The position numbers were made by a program, and so were the translations under genes. From contig CAXXSM010000118.1 in NCBI GenBank assembly GCA_963663405.2, positions 143,496 through 207,495 on the forward strand: a stretch of 64,000 nt of DNA. Direction: 5' to 3'. The notes beneath the pieces are model-generated. The model was not told the DNA's origin, searched no databases, and saw only the letters and a list, made by a program, of their open reading frames with translations. Every line of letters begins with the position of its first letter. Within the stretch, counting starts at the first letter, position 1. The stretch is from a bacterium (GTDB taxonomy: Bacteria > Hinthialibacterota > Hinthialibacteria > Hinthialibacterales > Hinthialibacteraceae). Below are positions 59,608-64,000 of the stretch, piece after piece.

Positions 59608-61419
59608 TTATTTTTTGTGAATTAGAATCGCCCAATCTTCTTTTGGATCACTTGGCGCGTTTCCAAGGGGAACAACAGCGCCACCATCGATCGAACGGTT
59701 TTCTCCTTCGAATTTCCCTGTGCGTGGATTGTACCATTTCAGAGTGAATTTTCCATTCGACATTGAGAGATCGATGGTTCCCACTGGATCGGCTGTAGGT
59801 AGATAGATGGCGTAGATTTCCCTCTTTTTTATAAATACCTGGGCGCCCAATGGAAACGTCTTCCCTTCCCCCAGTCCAACGGGAATGGTTCCTTCGTTTT
59901 GGACTAACTCATCGGCTGGTTCCATTTCCCAAAATGGGAGATGATTCTCCATAAAAGAACGCGCGTAGTACATGTCATCCCATAGCGCCTCTCTTTCCGG
60001 AGTTCCGAAATTTTCAAGTTTCAGGAGACCTTCGAGGATAAATTCGATCATTCCCCCGGATAGATAGACCGGCCATAGTTTTTCTTTGCGGTACGCGTCA
60101 GCGTCATCTACGGGGTCGTAGGATTTATTAAATCCTTTGTCCACGGTGAATTCGTCCATGGAGATGGGGATCGGCCGGCCGGCGTCTGCGGCGGCTTTAC
60201 GGAATTGTTCGGTCAGCGCATCGATCCGGCGCTGGTTCAGTTGGATTGAGGTGATACTGAAGCGCGGATCGCCAAAGATAAATTGCAGGGCGTCCAAGGG
60301 ATTTCCCTGAGGATGAACGGTGATAGGGTGATGGTATGGATCGATCGCTTGGATATAGTCGGCGAAAGTTTGGATACGTTCAGGCTTCAAGTTAAAACCA
60401 AGGTTGTATTCTTCACATAAATTCCATTGCAACGCCAAATGATGGCCAAACCTCGCGATCAATTCGCGGTAATAAAGTTTCCGTTCCGTTCCCAGTTCTC
60501 CATTGTCTAATTCCTGTTTGTTCTCTTTTTCCGCTTCATTGAGCACGAAATGTAGAAAGATTCCTTTTCTTTGCGCATGTGTAAAGACGGTGTTCCATTG
60601 GCGCAGTTTGCTGATATCGAAATGCAAATTATTGTTCTTGGGATTTCCATTGGGATCTGGGTTTCCTACCCAGGGGAAAACATCTTTACCGTCACCCCCG
60701 ATGTTCATGGTTAGAAAATATACGCTGTTCACCCGTTTTTTCGCGAGATAATTCAAGGCTCCAATGATCGCTTTGCCTTGCCCGTTTCCCCAATCGGGAT
60801 CGCCTTCATTCCAGTCTTTTAGATGATGTTCGTAAGTGTGACTGGCGGGAGTATTGTCAAAGCCCGCATAGGCGAGAAAATTTTCGGGGCTGTCCGTCCC
60901 TCCTCGGATCCAATATCCACCATCGCGAAATTTGAGATAGAAGGCGCCTGCGTATTCGAGACGGCCCCATTTGAGAAATCCAGGCGCTATTTTGGATTGC
61001 TCTTCGATCGTGAACCGCCCTATAGCGCCGTCGAATGATACAGGCGCGCCATCTTGAGGGGAAAGTGAAACCGCCACACCAGAACCACGGCGGAACGACA
61101 CAGTATATTTCCATTCGCCGATTTCGTCCGCCGCGAACCAGGCGCTCCATATATCGCCAGTTTCTCCTCCCTCCCCGTTTCCATCAAAGAATCCAGGAAC
61201 ATTATATTCAGCGCCACTTGGGGCTGTGAACAAAACTTGTAGCCTATAATCGAGAAAGGGATTGGGATCGGAACTGGTTTCTGTGGTAGTGGGGCCTTGG
61301 AAATGAAACGTAAGCGGTTCCCATTTTTTCAATTCGCCTTCGATTATGCTTTCCGTGTATCCATGTATCGAAATTAAGAAAATTACCAATAGGCAGAATA
61401 TTGTTTTGTAAAGTGTCAT
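59608..61419 (-). CDS. Secreted DUF5060 plus TIM-barrel plus putative collagen-binding-domain protein (glycosidase-like)
   Basis: Signal peptide, NPFLDYRL..VPGFFDG, DSPENFL, WNLCEE, SMDE, and C-terminal WYNPRTG...DWAILI. Confidence 0.78.
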   Translation of the reverse strand: MTLYKTIFCLLVIFLISIHGYTESIIEGELKKWEPLTFHFQGPTTTETSSDPNPFLDYRLQVLFTAPSGAEYNVPGFFDGNGEGGETGDIWSAWFAADEIGEWKYTVSFRRGSGVAVSLSPQDGAPVSFDGAIGRFTIEEQSKIAPGFLKWGRLEYAGAFYLKFRDGGYWIRGGTDSPENFLAYAGFDNTPASHTYEHHLKDWNEGDPDWGNGQGKAIIGALNYLAKKRVNSVYFLTMNIGGDGKDVFPWVGNPDPNGNPKNNNLHFDISKLRQWNTVFTHAQRKGIFLHFVLNEAEKENKQELDNGELGTERKLYYRELIARFGHHLALQWNLCEEYNLGFNLKPERIQTFADYIQAIDPYHHPITVHPQGNPLDALQFIFGDPRFSITSIQLNQRRIDALTEQFRKAAADAGRPIPISMDEFTVDKGFNKSYDPVDDADAYRKEKLWPVYLSGGMIEFILEGLLKLENFGTPEREALWDDMYYARSFMENHLPFWEMEPADELVQNEGTIPVGLGEGKTFPLGAQVFIKKREIYAIYLPTADPVGTIDLSMSNGKFTLKWYNPRTGKFEGENRSIDGGAVVPLGNAPSDPKEDWAILIHKK

Positions 61420-61581
61420 GTTTGTCGTTCCTCCATTTTAAAATCATTTCTTCTCAATAGTAATAAGACATCAAAAGCAATTGACTTAAGAGGTGAACTC
61501 AAGGTACTCTGGAATTTAACCATCTTCAAGTGTAAAAGAAATATCCTGCTGGGACCATATCAAAATTGGAGAAATGAATCT

Positions 61582-63194
61582 TTGTTTGAAAAAATAGAAA
61601 ATACTTTTCTTGACAACAGGACATGGATCATTCTTGTTTTGTTGATTCTTTTGGCTTTTATACTTCGATTTACGGATTTGGGTGGGAATCCACCTGGATT
61701 CTTCCGGGATGAAGCGGATAAGGGTTACACGACGTATTCTCTGCTGCAATGCGGGCAGGATCAGAGCGGGAAATCCTGGCCGTTGTTTGTCCGGGCGTTG
61801 AATGTAACGACATCCGCCGTCTATCAATACATCGACCTGCCTTTTATCGCCGCAATGGGGATGACGGAGACAGCGGTCCGAACGCCGGCTTGTTTGGCGG
61901 GCGTTCTCTCCGTTATTGCCGTTTTTTTACTAGCAAAAGCATGGTGGGGTGCGCGGATCGCGTTTTGGGCGGGATTATTTGTCTGTCTGTCTCCTTGGAG
62001 CCTATTGCTCAGTCGTTGGGCCAATCAATCGATTCTATTGACGTTGTGGATCCCTATGGGTGTGTATTTCTTTGCGCGTAAGATTGAAGATGGCCCGCCT
62101 TCGATTCGAGATTCGCCTCTATCATCGGTTTGTTTTCTTTTGGCGATATATACATACGCGCCCGCCCGGCTGTTTGTTCCTGTATTTATTGTATTCTTAT
62201 GGATTGTGTCTATCTCACGCAGAGATTTTACACCGGACCGGCGCTGGGCGTTTGTATGGCCTTGCGTGAGTTTCTTTCTATTATTCTCAATCGGTTCGCT
62301 TCCGTTACTCGATCATATTCTCTTTCATCAAGAGGAAAGCGCCGCTCGTTTGGCCCGTATCTCGATTTTCGATGGGCAGCCTCTTACTTCCGCATTGCTG
62401 GAATGGATACGGAATTATTGGACGCATCTTTCACCCAGTTTTCTGTTTATTCACGGTGATAGTAATCTCCGTCATCATACATCTGTTTTCGGGCAGGTTC
62501 ATTGGTATATAGCGCCTTTGCTCCTGATGGGATTGATCCGGTCATTCATCCATCGATCAAAGCAGGATCGAATTCTGTTGGCTTGGTTCTTTCTCTTTCC
62601 CATCGCCGCCGCCTGTACTCGTGAGAGTATTCCACATGCGTTGCGCAGTGTTTTCGCCGTGCCGGTGATCCATCTTGTGGCGGTGAATGGGATACTTGCT
62701 TTCTATGAATGGGCGCCGCTTTGGAATCAATGGATTTGCGGCTCCGTAAGCCGCCTATGCCAACCGGTTTGGGTTGTGGGGCTTCTTTTTTGTTCTATGT
62801 ATTACACCAGTGATCTTTTTTTCGGTATCCAAACCAGACAGAGACCACTTTCGCGTGGGAATATGGATATCGCGAAGCGGTTGAATGGTGGCTCGATCAT
62901 AAGGAAGGTGTGGACCGGACTCTTGTTTCGGGAATTGCGGAATATCCCTATGTTTTCTTCTTATTCTACGGAAATTATCCTCCTGAGCGATGGATTGCGG
63001 AGGAGCGTATTGAAAATGTGGATTTTTTACCCACTGGCGAACCGATCGATCGTCACTACAAACGTGGGAGTGAACGCGTATTGTACTTAGCGCGGCCTCG
63101 TGAGCTACCCACGATTCAACCAGATAAAGTGATTCTCGATCCAAACCGTATTGGGGTATGGAAATGGATCGAAGCCGGGGGAACAGAGAAATAA
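61582..63194 (+). CDS. ArnT/PMT_2-type GT-C glycosyltransferase, frameshifted at a T7 run (62816-62822)
   Basis: LRF..LG.NPPGFFRDEA, SPW, YTYAPARLF, FLFIHGD, PHALRS. Adding one T gives DLFFRYP...WEYGYREAV and joins ORF 62910..63194. Confidence 0.85.
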
Positions 63195-63480
63195 TATAGA
63201 ATATTCATCGTATAGTATAAGTCTAAACAATAGAGTGTCTTCTATTTCAGCAACGCGGAATTGGCGCTGGATAAAATATTGACATTTTGTTAGACTGCTA
63301 GCAAGTCGAAAGCAATACATAAAGATTTATATCGCATTTTAAATCAAGAAAAATATTTACTTGTATTCGTTTGAAACCTTCACTTCGTATATTTGTATTA
63401 GGGGGAGTTTATGAAAATGCGGCTTTTTTTGCTTCCATCACGTAATAACAAGTAGAGTTGGACTGGAGTATTGGATCAAC

Positions 63481-63999
63481 ATGAATGAATCTGTTGAATG
63501 CTGTTATGTTGATTGCGCTTCCGGGGAACAGGCGATTATTATTCCTGAGAATGTAGAAGAAGGAACGGTATTTCCCTGTCCTTGTGGAAAGGGGCGGCTG
63601 CTCCAATGGAGGCGGCTGGGAGGCGTGATGCGCCCTATCCCATTTGGGCAAAATTACGATCCGGTCACAGGACGAAGGCTGGAAACGCTATCCAGGGAAT
63701 CTTCTCAAAAGCCTTCTCTATCTCAATTCCGGGGAGCGCCGCGGGGGGGAATTCAAAACTGGCGAAGTTTGGACGTTCCCTATTCGGCTAATCATTCAGA
63801 TTCCTACATTTCGAACGTTCCTCCATTCAAAGGTCAATCGGATTTTCAACGGATTCCCACGCCCATTGTGGCGGGGAATACACTCATTCATAGACATTTG
63901 GGAGGAAAATCATGGCTTCTATGGCGATTGAGTGATGGGAGTTTCATCGATCAGATTCCAGGTGGAGAAGGCTTGGGACTCGCCAACGCGCCAGTCGCG
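63481..63999 (+). CDS. 3'-truncated hypothetical protein with a Cys-rich N-terminus and a possible PQQ-like propeller start (not in the ORF track)
   Basis: Open frame from ATG 63481 to the window end: MNESVECCYVDC...FPCPCGKG...YDPVTGRRL...SQFRG...TPIVAGNTL. Confidence 0.65.
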   Translation, partial: MNESVECCYVDCASGEQAIIIPENVEEGTVFPCPCGKGRLLQWRRLGGVMRPIPFGQNYDPVTGRRLETLSRESSQKPSLSQFRGAPRGGIQNWRSLDVPYSANHSDSYISNVPPFKGQSDFQRIPTPIVAGNTLIHRHLGGKSWLLWRLSDGSFIDQIPGGEGLGLANAPVA

Positions 64000-64000
64000 G

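Noticed and set aside
62815-62823. Programmed -1 frameshift at T_TTT_TTC in the GT-C gene
   Set aside because: It is formally a slippery heptamer, but any homopolymer deletion looks the same. I see no clear stimulator, and three other homopolymer indels point to assembly error.
12-63931. Numerous short overlapping or antisense ORFs in the track (e.g. 12..374, 43669..44190, 53109..53582, 63644..63931)
   Set aside because: They overlap well-supported genes in other frames and show no motifs of their own.
1-64000. Genome-wide TGA reassignment (genetic code 4 or 25)
   Set aside because: TGA clearly terminates conserved genes (cysK, aroB, UPF0261) and forms ATGA/TGATG couplings, and long ORFs are not riddled with TGA.

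Overview
A 64-kb gene-dense bacterial chromosomal window with no rRNA, tRNA, CRISPR array, transposase or prophage that I can see. Several hallmarks point tentatively to a candidate-phylum organism of the Hinthialibacterota (OLB16)/Sumerlaeota type: prepilins ending YNPSNGxxSxGxI, secreted proteins ending S-x-x-x-x-W-x-L-x, WxIIxD/LDxxG propellers and many ECF sigma factors. This assignment is an inference. Housekeeping and metabolic genes: ackA, cysK, sixA, uxaB, ychF, aroB, folC, an IMPase, a Zn-dehydrogenase and a BadF-type sugar kinase. Envelope and glycan genes: GT4, two GT-C-like proteins, LysM-M23, a CRTAC1/ASPIC protein, and DUF5696- and DUF5060-type glycosidase-like proteins. Also present are two ECF/anti-sigma pairs, a PilT/PilU ATPase, a pseudopilin-PilC/GspF cluster, a Tm-1-like/TIM-barrel/cupin operon and a small repeat-rich junk island (41.9-43.3 kb). 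Four single-base homopolymer frameshifts suggest long-read assembly errors. Two genes carry in-frame TGA codons, and one of these is absent from the ORF track. Best candidates for undescribed biology: (1) a standalone 768-aa tandem nucleoside-deoxyribosyltransferase-like protein, possibly anti-phage; (2) a pseudopilin whose leader is a 6-TM membrane domain, in an ECF-linked cluster; (3) an ackA-HTH / V4R-like / HEAT-repeat operon lacking pta; (4) a shared C-terminal Trp motif on secreted proteins; (5) a catalytically dead LexA/CI-like regulator next to a candidate structured RNA.
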